Part shown: in pieces, positions 39,520 through 48,632 of the stretch
Position numbering within the stretch: position 1 is the first letter of the stretch
Layout: each line of letters opens with the position of its first letter
Assembly: GCA_015231405.1 (NCBI GenBank)
Contig: JADGBR010000010.1
Coordinates: 14,489-78,488 of the forward strand
Source of the DNA: Candidatus Omnitrophota bacterium
GTDB lineage: Bacteria; Omnitrophota; Gorgyraeia; Tantalellales; Tantalellaceae
Direction: 5' to 3'
DNA: 64,000 nucleotides
Position numbers and translations under genes: made by a program
Notes under the pieces: model-generated
Seen by the model: only the letters and a program-made list of their open reading frames with translations
Told to the model about the DNA's origin: nothing
The model's database searches: none

Positions 39520-40383
39520 TTAAATAAACCCCTTAACGATCGGCCCCAGCTTATCCAGCGTTGCGCGAGGAATGGCGTCTTTGCTTGTTATTATCGCGTC
39601 CTTCAACGCGTTCATGCAAGAGCATGTCCTCTTTCCCGGGATACCGGCCACGGTATTAAGGAGCATTTTTTTTGAAGTTTCCGCGTTCTTCATAAGATTC
39701 GCTATTATCATCTCCACCGTTACACATTCGGCGGAAGGACCTTCGCGCCAGCAGTCATAATCGGTTATCATGGCTATCGAAGCGTAACATAACCCGGCCT
39801 CGCGGGCAAGCCTTGCCTCGGCGATATTTGTCATGCCTATGACATCCGCCCCCCATGAACGGTAAAGTTCGGATTCGGCTTTAGTAGAAAAAGCCGGACC
39901 TTCCATGTTTATATATGTACCGTCGCGGTGTATCTTTACGGGCATTTTCGCGTTCAGGTCATAAATAGCCGCTCGAAGTGACGGGCAAACCGGCTCCGCA
40001 AAAGAGATGTGCGCGACGATGCCTTCCCCGAAAAAAGTCATTCTCCTGGCCGAATTCGTCCTGTCGATGAACTGATCCACCAGGAGCATATCTAGCGGCT
40101 TAAGTTCTTCCTTAAGGCTGCCTACAGCCGAAATTGCTATAATGCGGTCAACTCCCAGGACCTTAAAACCGTATATGTTCGCCCGGTAATTTATTTCAGA
40201 AGGCATCAGGCGATGACCTTCGCCGTGCCGGGCAAGAAAAACTACCTCTTTTCCCGACAATTTCCCTTTCATATATTCCCCTGAAGGCTCTCCGAAAGGG
40301 GTCTCAACCTTCACCTTCTCGTCAACCTCTAGACTCTCAATATTATAAAGCGCCGATCCGCCTATCACCCCGATCTTCGTCAT
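39520..40383 (-). CDS. mtnP: S-methyl-5'-thioadenosine phosphorylase
   Basis: IGGS, TPFGEPS, ARHG, NYRANI, EGPAFST, IGMT, TDYDCW. Confidence 0.93.
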   Translation of the reverse strand: MTKIGVIGGSALYNIESLEVDEKVKVETPFGEPSGEYMKGKLSGKEVVFLARHGEGHRLMPSEINYRANIYGFKVLGVDRIIAISAVGSLKEELKPLDMLLVDQFIDRTNSARRMTFFGEGIVAHISFAEPVCPSLRAAIYDLNAKMPVKIHRDGTYINMEGPAFSTKAESELYRSWGADVIGMTNIAEARLAREAGLCYASIAMITDYDCWREGPSAECVTVEMIIANLMKNAETSKKMLLNTVAGIPGKRTCSCMNALKDAIITSKDAIPRATLDKLGPIVKGFI

Positions 40384-40385
40384 AT

Positions 40386-40601
40386 TTACAAGACCTCCAA
40401 TATCTTGTTCCTGCTTTTCTCCCCGGCGATTATCCGAACCCTGCTTTTAGGGACCTTATACCTCGCGGCTACCAGCTCGATCACGGACTTGTTGGCTTTT
40501 CCCTTTTCGGGAGCAGCCGAAACATACGCTCTTATCACTCCATCCTTCTCGACAAGCTCCTCTCTCGAAGCCTTAGGGTGGACTTTTACCTCCAGCCTCA
40601 T
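40386..40601 (-). CDS. DUF167/YggU family protein
   Basis: VKVHPKAS, APEKGKAN, GEKSRNK. Confidence 0.9.
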   Translation of the reverse strand: MRLEVKVHPKASREELVEKDGVIRAYVSAAPEKGKANKSVIELVAARYKVPKSRVRIIAGEKSRNKILEVL

Positions 40602-40636
40602 CTCTACCTGCGCTTGCGCTTGATGACCAGGTACTA

Positions 40637-40715
40637 GTTTTAGGTTATAGATGTTAGGTTTTAGGTGTCAATGCTTTACAACAACGAACACCTAAAACCT
40701 ATAAACCAGCTAACC
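40637..40715. repeat. Heptamer-based (TAGGTTT) 14-bp inverted repeat
   Basis: Arms 40655-40668 and 40688-40701 are perfectly complementary. Confidence 0.8.
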
Positions 40716-41006
40716 CAACCTGTACGCCAACTGATACAGTATCCCGACTATGACGTTCTTGACCACGCTCAACAAAAGGAACGCCACGATCGGCGAAAAA
40801 TCTATCATGCCCACCTGAAGCGGAAGCCTTCTCAGAGGGGCCAGTATGGGATCGGTGACAGAGTACACTATGCGTACGATCTCGTTATATTCATCCGCTC
40901 CGACCCAAGATATCACTATACGGATCACCAGAATAAAATAGACGACGCTAAAGAGTATCGAGACCAGGAGTGCAAGGCCTCTTATGATCTCAGCAACTAT
41001 GAACAT
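40710..41006 (-). CDS. YggT family membrane protein
   Basis: ISWV...TDPILAPLRR...IDFSPIVA. Confidence 0.92.
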   Translation of the reverse strand: MFIVAEIIRGLALLVSILFSVVYFILVIRIVISWVGADEYNEIVRIVYSVTDPILAPLRRLPLQVGMIDFSPIVAFLLLSVVKNVIVGILYQLAYRLG

Positions 41007-41030
41007 TGTATCCTTTCGCTCCCCGTTTCA

Positions 41031-41828
41031 TCACCGCGACAATTCTACGGAACGGCATTTCGCCTTATCCACGGCGTTAATTACGATCTTTTTAAGACCT
41101 TGTTTGTCGAATATCCTAAGGGCGGCTTCGGTTGTCCCCCCCTTGGAAGCTACTTGCTTGACCAACTCAGCCGGAATAATTCCATCATCCATAAGAAGAG
41201 CGGCACCCCGAACGGTCTGGCGGACGATCTTAAGTGCGATATCCCTGGACAGACCCATTTTTACCGCCGCTTCGACCATGGAAGCGGCCATGAAGAATAA
41301 ATAAGCCGGTCCACTGCCGGCGACGGCCGTAAATGCGTCAAAATACTTCTCATCAAGAGGAACGACATCCCCAATGGCCTTGAATATGCCTATCGCCTCT
41401 TCCTTCTTCGTTACGTGAATATTAAAGGCTATCGCGGTGACGCTGGCGCCTTTTTTTGCCGCAAGGTTGGGCATCGCCCTGGCGACAGGTGTCTTTTTAC
41501 CTATATATCTGTTTACGGTCGCGATCCTAACCCCGGCCATGATAGTTATTACCATGGTCTTTCCCGTAATATGCCGGGCTATCTCAGGAAAAAGGTCGGA
41601 TGAGTCCTGGGGTTTAACGGCTATTATTATGTAGTCCGACCCCTTAATAAGCGACTCGAGATCCACGCCTACGGCACCTGTCCTTTTAGAAAGGCCCCTC
41701 TGTTTTAAAGCATCCTTATCACTCAGAAAGATCTTCTCCGGCACGCATATTCGCTTCGCTAATAAGCCCTCGGCGATGGAAGCGCCCATGATCCCACACC
41801 CAATAATGCCGACTTTTATTTGTCCCAT
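41031..41828 (-). CDS. proC: Pyrroline-5-carboxylate reductase
   Basis: GIIGCGIMG, AVKPQ, RAMPN, AGSGPAY, VASKGGTT. Confidence 0.95.
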   Translation of the reverse strand: MGQIKVGIIGCGIMGASIAEGLLAKRICVPEKIFLSDKDALKQRGLSKRTGAVGVDLESLIKGSDYIIIAVKPQDSSDLFPEIARHITGKTMVITIMAGVRIATVNRYIGKKTPVARAMPNLAAKKGASVTAIAFNIHVTKKEEAIGIFKAIGDVVPLDEKYFDAFTAVAGSGPAYLFFMAASMVEAAVKMGLSRDIALKIVRQTVRGAALLMDDGIIPAELVKQVASKGGTTEAALRIFDKQGLKKIVINAVDKAKCRSVELSR

Positions 41829-41911
41829 TTTATGCGAGTTCCTATGTATACCCAATTGATTTAGAGGACAAAAATATCATACTTAGGAGAGAAAGTCAAC
41901 TGAAGAAGGCT

Positions 41912-42142
41912 CGCACTCGTTAACGCCTTCGGCGCGGGAAACAATGGACCCTTGGGGAACAATTAATACACAGGCTTGAAAAAGCAGGAACAAAATACCC
42001 GCACTCGTCAGCCAAACACGGTTAATGGACCCATACTACTCCCCGGGTTGAAACCCTGGGTTTCCAGGTAAAGACCCATACTGAGGCGGCTTACATGTAA
42101 CCCCGCCTTTAACAGCGGGGTTTAGCGCCTCCGAATGTATCA
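41912..42142. repeat. Composite structured intergenic element: two CGCACTCGT...AATGGACCC cassettes, GACCCATACT direct repeat and GC-rich hairpins
   Basis: Cassettes at 41912-41951 and 42000-42032; hairpin AACCCCGC-ctttaaca-GCGGGGTT near 42099-42122. Confidence 0.7.
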
Positions 42143-43195
42143 AAAATATCTATCCAGAAAGGTTACGATCTTCTTGTAAGCGTACCTGATAGGATTATCG
42201 GAAGGGACCTCCGCCTTTCTTTCGGCGGCTAAAAGTTCAAGAACGCCTATACAACCCGCGTATCCCATCCTGTCCTCCACTGAAAGCTCATCGAAAGGTT
42301 TCATGATATAGGGAGCTGAACGAACGGGTTTATCGACGCTTTTTTCGAGATATTCCAGCGTTTCGTCGCTGATACCCGATTCGCTGGTAACTATGATCTT
42401 CTTAGCCAGAGCCCATCCGTCCATTTCTTTCACGAAGTCTATGAGTCCGCTGAGATTCTCTTCTGAGACGTTAAGGTCCCCTGCTTTTGAAGATAAATCC
42501 TTGACCGGGATCACACGCGCTGAAAGTGCCTTGCCTTGGAAGAACACCGATAGCTCAATGATATCCTCGTACTGGTTGATAAAAATAACGCCGTCATTCC
42601 TGTCCTTTTCTGGGACAAGGCTGTGGGAATTCGCCAGGCCAGAAAATATTTTACCCCGGCAAGAATATCCCGCGAAAGCGATACTTTTCTCTATGTTCCT
42701 GAGTATCGAGGAATCCATTAAAAGAATATTCATTTCAACCCCGAGTCTCACCCCTTCCAATCCCACAGGCTCAGCGATCCCTCTTTCATTGTCGATCTCA
42801 AACCCGCTAACTATAACGTGAAGGGGTTCCTTACTTTCCGGCAATCTCACTATCGATCCCAATTGAACGCATTTATCCCTGTCCCGTCGGGTGATCTCTC
42901 TGCCATACCTCGAAAGAAGTATGGACCCTTTGGCGGGAAGCATTTCCATTGAGGTGGATGAGACCGCGAAATAAAGATCATATACTTTTTTCCCCGTCTT
43001 CTTCCGCAATTTTTCCATGACTTCCTGAACGGATTCGGAGGCGAATCCTATATCGGTTACCACTCCGCGCTTTATCCCTTTCGCCTGGGCCTTTGCCGAG
43101 CCTTCGATCGCATATTCCGATCTCCCCCGCCATGACGCTATTATCCCGTAAACTTCCTTGCCTTTAAAATCCAGTACGGCGAAACTTTTTGTCAT
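42140..43195 (-). CDS. ftsA: Divergent, shortened FtsA-like protein
   Basis: Directly after ftsQ; GIKRGVVTDI, LHVIVSGFEIDNERGIAEPVGLEGVRL (1C domain); C-terminal amphipathic helix; ATP motifs degenerate. Confidence 0.8.
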   Translation of the reverse strand: MTKSFAVLDFKGKEVYGIIASWRGRSEYAIEGSAKAQAKGIKRGVVTDIGFASESVQEVMEKLRKKTGKKVYDLYFAVSSTSMEMLPAKGSILLSRYGREITRRDRDKCVQLGSIVRLPESKEPLHVIVSGFEIDNERGIAEPVGLEGVRLGVEMNILLMDSSILRNIEKSIAFAGYSCRGKIFSGLANSHSLVPEKDRNDGVIFINQYEDIIELSVFFQGKALSARVIPVKDLSSKAGDLNVSEENLSGLIDFVKEMDGWALAKKIIVTSESGISDETLEYLEKSVDKPVRSAPYIMKPFDELSVEDRMGYAGCIGVLELLAAERKAEVPSDNPIRYAYKKIVTFLDRYF

Positions 43196-43323
43196 TGCGG
43201 CTCCTTATATCCTATTTAATGATCCAATGTGCTGAGCGGTGAGTGGCCGAAGGTAAAAGTGATCGTGTTCATTGTATTGGACCATTTCCCCTTCCGAGAC
43301 CCGTTCCCCTTGACCCTTAACGA

Positions 43324-44121
43324 TCATTTCGGCGATATCACTATTTTCTCAAACCTCAGGTCGATGTATGCGATCTCTTTCAAATTAACTTTCGGATCCG
43401 ACAGTACCATCTTCAATCGATCTATGTTCCTAGTGAAATCCGAGCGCCCGAGTTTTATAGTGACGCCCGAAAGGTCCATGGTGATATCGTTAATATTGCC
43501 GACATCTACAAAGGTGACCGGAGCTTTTTCTTTTATCCTTTGTTTTTCGACAAGGTTTAATATCTCAAAGGCCTTTTCGACCTGACGCGTAAGCAATACT
43601 TCCCCGGGCCTGGGCGTATTAATAAAAAATTTTACCCCTTTTATCCTTAATAGGTCTTTAACGGACGTATTGTCAGCCATAACCACCGCTTCCCGGTCTA
43701 TAACTACAGCTGGCTTAGCGTCGATGACGGCGTACGGCTCCCTCTCCGTTATTATCACATCTATCCTGTCGGGCAGGACCCTTCGCACTTCGATATACTT
43801 GCACTGAGGACGCGCTTCTTCTATGAAAGCGCGTATCTGCCTTAGATTTATCGAGAATATATTCCGGCCCATGTAAAGGCCTTCGAGGTCAAGGCCCGGC
43901 TTAAGAGAATACTCTTCCGCCCCTTTCTTTACCGATATTTCCTTTACGGAAAAATTATCACTGTCATTCAAAAACCTCCATGTGCCAAATCCAAGGGCCG
44001 AAACAAGAACAGCCGAGGCCAGGAAGGCAACGGTCAACCTGTGGCGCGTCAACCACATAAGATCGATCACTCTTTTAGTGCCGGATCTTTTTTGTCTGGG
44101 CGTTCGTTTTCTCCCCGTCAC
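43324..44121 (-). CDS. ftsQ: Cell division protein FtsQ/DivIB
   Basis: TM plus POTRA (NIFSINL...VRRVLPDRIDVIITEREP), YIDLRF; GTG overlaps ddl stop. Confidence 0.88.
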   Translation of the reverse strand: MTGRKRTPRQKRSGTKRVIDLMWLTRHRLTVAFLASAVLVSALGFGTWRFLNDSDNFSVKEISVKKGAEEYSLKPGLDLEGLYMGRNIFSINLRQIRAFIEEARPQCKYIEVRRVLPDRIDVIITEREPYAVIDAKPAVVIDREAVVMADNTSVKDLLRIKGVKFFINTPRPGEVLLTRQVEKAFEILNLVEKQRIKEKAPVTFVDVGNINDITMDLSGVTIKLGRSDFTRNIDRLKMVLSDPKVNLKEIAYIDLRFEKIVISPK

Positions 44122-45074
44122 TATTTTCCCCTTTTTTTGAGCGCGCTGTAAAGTATGACAAGACAAAGCTCATCGAACTCTATCCCAGCCTGTTTTGCCG
44201 CCATCGGCAAAAGGCTTCTCGAAGTAAGCCCGGGGATAGTGTTAACCTCAAGAACGAATATCCTGTTATGTTCGTCCAACCTGAGATCGACCCTGGAAAA
44301 CCCGTCGCAACCAAGGGACATGTGCGCCCTCAAACCGATCTCGCTGGCTCTCTCGGACAACTCCTTGGATATTTCAGCCGGGACTATGTACCTGGTCTCT
44401 TTCGACATGTACTTGGCATTGTAATCGTAGATCCCGCCTTCCGCTCTGATCTCGATGACGGGAAGGGGCCTGTTCTCCAGCACACCTACCGTCAATTCCT
44501 TCCCTGGCACATAATCCTCGACCATCACCTTATCGGAATAATCGAGAGCCGTCTTGACGGCCTTCCTTATATCATTGCCGGTAAATACCACGCTAAGCCC
44601 AATGCTGGAACCCTCGGAAACCGGCTTTACAACGCAAGGATACTTTATTACACGCGATATATCTCTGTCAAAATCCTCGATCACGACATGCCCGGGGGTG
44701 TCTATGTTATCTTTCATGAATTGTTCCTTAGCCGCGAGTTTATCAAGGGCCTTTCGGGAGGAAATATCGTCAGATCCCGTGTATGGTATCCCGAGCCCGG
44801 AAAGCTTTTTCTGTACGGTCCCGTCCTCACCGAACCTCCCGTGAAGGGCTAGAAAAGCGATGTCAAAATCCCTTTCGACGAGAAAATCGAACGATTCGTC
44901 CTTAATATCGATAAAGACGGGATAAAACCCGCATCTTAAAAGAGCGGCTTCGACGGCTCTGCCGCTTTTGAGGCTTACTTCCCGCTCGCTTGAAGGACCT
45001 CCGGCCAGGATGGCTATCCTGAACTCCTTGAGCTCTTCCGCCATTTTTGTGAAGCGATTTTTTTCGTCGGCCAT
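44121..45074 (-). CDS. ddl: D-alanine--D-alanine ligase
   Basis: GGPSSEREVSLKSG, LHGRFGEDG, EGSSIG, YDYNAKY, EVNTIPG. Confidence 0.96.
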   Translation of the reverse strand: MADEKNRFTKMAEELKEFRIAILAGGPSSEREVSLKSGRAVEAALLRCGFYPVFIDIKDESFDFLVERDFDIAFLALHGRFGEDGTVQKKLSGLGIPYTGSDDISSRKALDKLAAKEQFMKDNIDTPGHVVIEDFDRDISRVIKYPCVVKPVSEGSSIGLSVVFTGNDIRKAVKTALDYSDKVMVEDYVPGKELTVGVLENRPLPVIEIRAEGGIYDYNAKYMSKETRYIVPAEISKELSERASEIGLRAHMSLGCDGFSRVDLRLDEHNRIFVLEVNTIPGLTSRSLLPMAAKQAGIEFDELCLVILYSALKKRGK

Positions 45075-45177
45075 GCGCTTACTCCTATTCGCGATTCGTA
45101 TCGAAAATCGCAGATCTACCCCTACAAACACGAACCACTATCCACGAATCTAGACCACTATCTTTCATCCCCGATCA

Positions 45178-46092
45178 TCATCCTATTATCTCTATTTCCG
45201 GCTCAAGTTCAACACCGAACATCTTAAAAACCTTATCCCCGGCAACACCCATAAGCCTGGCAACGTCATCGCTCGAAGCCCCTCCCGAATTAACTATAAA
45301 ATTTGCGTGCTTTCCGGATATCAACGCACCGCCGACCCTTGCACCTTTAAGCCCGGCATTCTCTAAAAGTTTTCCAGCCGGCAAAAAATTACCGGCTGGA
45401 TTCTTAAAAACACAACCGAGCGTTCTTTCTTCCAAAGGCTGTTTGAGAAGTTTCTCGATAAAAGTCATTTTTATCCGCTCTCGGATCTCTGACGAAAGCT
45501 TACTCTCCATCAGAAATTCAGCTTCTAAGATAATAGTTTCCCTGAGCGAACTTCTTCTGTAGCTGAACTCAGCCTTCTCTTTTTGTATAACTTCAACTGC
45601 TCCGTCCCTGTTTATGACCTTCACGGACAAAAGGTTCTCGCTGACGGCGCACTTATTGCTCGCATTGTTTATCAGCGCCCCTCCGAGAGTCCCGGGGATA
45701 CCCGCCAGGCCTTCGAATCCGGAAAGACCGTTCTTCGCCGAAAAGGTTATCAAGGAGCTCAGTTTAGCCCCGGCCCCGCTTATCAATATCTTTCCGGATA
45801 CAGTCATGCGCTTAAAATTCTCATGTTCCAGCAATATGAAGACCTTGTCATAATAAATATCCTTAAACAGAAGATTGCTTCCTTTCCCGATGACCATATA
45901 TTGAATGCCGTTCCCAATTAGATATGCGACGAGCGATCCGAGCTCAACCCCGCATGAAGGGCTGTAAACGGAGAAAGCCGTGCCGCCCGCAAAGAAAGTA
46001 TTGTATTTTGCCAGAGGCTCGTCGAAAACGACGGCTCCCCCCATAGCCGCGGCATGAGCCCACAGTGACCGTCTGACCTGCTCTTTATTCAT
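45178..46092 (-). CDS. murB: UDP-N-acetylmuramate dehydrogenase
   Basis: GKGSNLL, GIPGTLGGA, FSYRRS, GCVFKNP, KHANFIVN, LEPEI. Confidence 0.93.
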   Translation of the reverse strand: MNKEQVRRSLWAHAAAMGGAVVFDEPLAKYNTFFAGGTAFSVYSPSCGVELGSLVAYLIGNGIQYMVIGKGSNLLFKDIYYDKVFILLEHENFKRMTVSGKILISGAGAKLSSLITFSAKNGLSGFEGLAGIPGTLGGALINNASNKCAVSENLLSVKVINRDGAVEVIQKEKAEFSYRRSSLRETIILEAEFLMESKLSSEIRERIKMTFIEKLLKQPLEERTLGCVFKNPAGNFLPAGKLLENAGLKGARVGGALISGKHANFIVNSGGASSDDVARLMGVAGDKVFKMFGVELEPEIEIIG

Positions 46093-47494
46093 TTTTTCCG
46101 CTCTTACTCCCCGTCCCTTTCACTCCGGAACCAGCCCGTATGTTTTCCAGTATCGGCTTACCGGATTCTCTTATATCCCCGGCTCCCGCTATCAGAACAA
46201 GATCCCCCTTCCTGCATATCCCGGAAACATATCCGGGAACATCCTCTTTATTCATGAACTCGACGGACTCGAAATGCTTCCTGTCTATCTTCCTGAATAT
46301 TTCCTCGGACCCTACCTTAAAAGAGTCTGATTCATCGGCAGAATAGATATCCGTAAGTATGAGTATATCTGCTCCCTTAAAACACCCGGCAAATTCATCT
46401 TTAAGGTCAATGGTCCTTGAATACCTATGGGGCTGAAAAACCACAATAAGCTTTCCATCCGGGGAAAAATCACGCGCGGCAGTAATTACCGCCCTAAGCT
46501 CCGTCGGATGGTGTGCGTAATCCTCGTACACTTTCACTCCCCTGGCTTCGCCGACGGGATAAAATCTCCTTTTCACGGTCCGGAAGCTAAGAACGGCCTC
46601 AACAACCTCCTCAAATGAAAGGCCCAGCTCCAGGCACATTCCCACGGCCGAAATGAGGTTCATCACATTATGCCTGCCGATAAGTGTCGACATAACGTCT
46701 CCCCTGATTTTGCCGTTGGCGCAAAACTTGAATTTTATCGACCTTGCGTGTTCGGCGTCCTTCGAATAATATCGCGAAGCCGATGTTTTAGCGAACGAGA
46801 ACGGGACCTTCCTGGACGGAGCGTCAGCGACAAGCTCTTTCAAAAGCTTGTCATCGGCGTTGTATAAGAGCACACCCTCACGGGGCATATTGCCGAAAAA
46901 TTTTCTGTATCCGAGTTTAAGGTTCTCCATGGACCCGTAATGTTCCATGTGCTCCCTTTCCACATTCGTCACGCAAACGTTCGTCGCTCTTATATCCCGG
47001 AAAAAACCGTCGCTCTCGTCAACTTCGGCGACTATCAGGTCATCGTCGCCTAAAAGCGCGTTCCCGCCTATGGATTCTATTTCGCCTCCCACCAGCACCG
47101 TAGGTTGACGTTCGCACTTCCAGAGTATATGCGCGATAAGAGCGCTCGTCGTGGTTTTCCCGTGCGTTCCGGTCACGCCCACCGATATCTTCGCCAGTGA
47201 CATAACCCGCCTTAACAATTCCGACCTCGATATGATCTCAAGGCTCATTTCTTCAGCTTTGATCATTTCCGGGTTATCGTTCGGTATGCTGGTCGATCTG
47301 ACCACTATACGGGCGTCGCCTGGTATATTTAAAGGAGAATGCCCCTTTTTAATGACAGCGCCTTTTCTGGCGAGATGTTCGGTGAGATTATTACTTCTCA
47401 GGTCCGACCCGGAAATACGGTTCCCCTTAGCCAGAAGCACATGCGCCAGAGCGCTCATCCCTATCCCGCCTATTCCGATAAAATGATAATTCAT
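46085..47494 (-). CDS. murC: UDP-N-acetylmuramate--L-alanine ligase
   Basis: GIGGIGMS, GTHGKTTT, EVDESD, DYAHHPTE, FQPHRYSRT. Confidence 0.96.
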   Translation of the reverse strand: MNYHFIGIGGIGMSALAHVLLAKGNRISGSDLRSNNLTEHLARKGAVIKKGHSPLNIPGDARIVVRSTSIPNDNPEMIKAEEMSLEIISRSELLRRVMSLAKISVGVTGTHGKTTTSALIAHILWKCERQPTVLVGGEIESIGGNALLGDDDLIVAEVDESDGFFRDIRATNVCVTNVEREHMEHYGSMENLKLGYRKFFGNMPREGVLLYNADDKLLKELVADAPSRKVPFSFAKTSASRYYSKDAEHARSIKFKFCANGKIRGDVMSTLIGRHNVMNLISAVGMCLELGLSFEEVVEAVLSFRTVKRRFYPVGEARGVKVYEDYAHHPTELRAVITAARDFSPDGKLIVVFQPHRYSRTIDLKDEFAGCFKGADILILTDIYSADESDSFKVGSEEIFRKIDRKHFESVEFMNKEDVPGYVSGICRKGDLVLIAGAGDIRESGKPILENIRAGSGVKGTGSKSGKNE

Positions 47495-47531
47495 GTCACC
47501 CCGTTGTTTGTCATATGCTCTCGCACCTTCG

Positions 47532-48629
47532 CTACATTTCGCTCAGAACCAAATCAGCTAACAGACGACCCGCCTCAGGCCTGGCGAGCGAGCCGGCGGC
47601 GGCGCTCATTTTTGCGTAAACTTCACTGCTCTTAAGTATCCTCAATACTTCTTCCGCCAGAAGTCCCGGAGTAAGGTCATTTTCTTCGATCCGGATAGCT
47701 GCTCCGGCTTTAGCGAAATATGCCGCGTTAGTCCTCTGGTTATTATCCCTGGAGGGATACGGAACGAGTATCATGGGCTTCCTGTGATAAGCCAGTTCGA
47801 ACACCGCCGCGGATCCTGACCTGGAGATAGCTATATCCGCAGCCGAATAGGCCGCGTCCATCCTCTCAAGAAAAGAGAAAACGGCCGCGTTAATACCGTT
47901 ATCCCTGTAAAAATCTTTTATCGCCGCATGATCCTTAGCTCCTGTCAAATGTATGAATTCGATATCCAGCGACCTGTCTTCTTTTAGCAGACTAGCCGCT
48001 ATCGACGCCACCCGGTTTAGCGATGAAGAACCCTGGCTCCCTCCCATGACGAGCACTTTTTTTGAGCTCCCGGAGAGTTCCAGGTACTCCATGGCCCCCT
48101 CGCCTATATCCGTCAGATTACAGGACCTTATGGGATTCCCCGTCAATACTACCCTGCCGCGAGAACTACAAGGAAAGAATTGTCCGCTTTCCGGAAAACT
48201 CACCGCTATTTTTCGGGCTATGTTCGACAATATCATGATAGCCCTCCCCGGGGCATGGTTCTGCTCGTGTATCACAAGCGGGATATTAAAGGCTTTCGCG
48301 CAAAGGGAGATCGCTCCCGAAGAATAACCTCCGAAAGCGACTACACGACCGGGTCTTATCCATACCAGAATAGCCGCCGAAAGGAAAGCGTCGGAGACGA
48401 TCTTAAAGGCGAACACCACCCATTTCAGGATATCCTTTCTAAAAGGCATGGGGTTCGCGGAAAGATAAAATGATCTGTATCTAGAGGCGCCTAAAATATT
48501 CCGGTCAAGCTTCCTGTCGCTCGCTACGAAATATATTTCTTTCACGCCTTTTTTTTCAAGTTCCTCGGCGACAGCCGTCGCCGGAAAAATATGTCCACCG
48601 CTCCCGCCAGCGGCGATGATAACCCTCAT
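47532..48629 (-). CDS. murG: MurG N-acetylglucosaminyltransferase
   Basis: GGSGGHIFPA, HEQN, TGNPIR, GGSQGS. Confidence 0.95.
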   Translation of the reverse strand: MRVIIAAGGSGGHIFPATAVAEELEKKGVKEIYFVASDRKLDRNILGASRYRSFYLSANPMPFRKDILKWVVFAFKIVSDAFLSAAILVWIRPGRVVAFGGYSSGAISLCAKAFNIPLVIHEQNHAPGRAIMILSNIARKIAVSFPESGQFFPCSSRGRVVLTGNPIRSCNLTDIGEGAMEYLELSGSSKKVLVMGGSQGSSSLNRVASIAASLLKEDRSLDIEFIHLTGAKDHAAIKDFYRDNGINAAVFSFLERMDAAYSAADIAISRSGSAAVFELAYHRKPMILVPYPSRDNNQRTNAAYFAKAGAAIRIEENDLTPGLLAEEVLRILKSSEVYAKMSAAAGSLARPEAGRLLADLVLSEM

Positions 48630-48632
48630 CCT

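Noticed and set aside
41975-42015. Hammerhead ribozyme (CTGACGAG) or fluoride riboswitch
   Set aside because: No GAAA after the putative stem II; the fluoride P1 and pseudoknot partner are absent.
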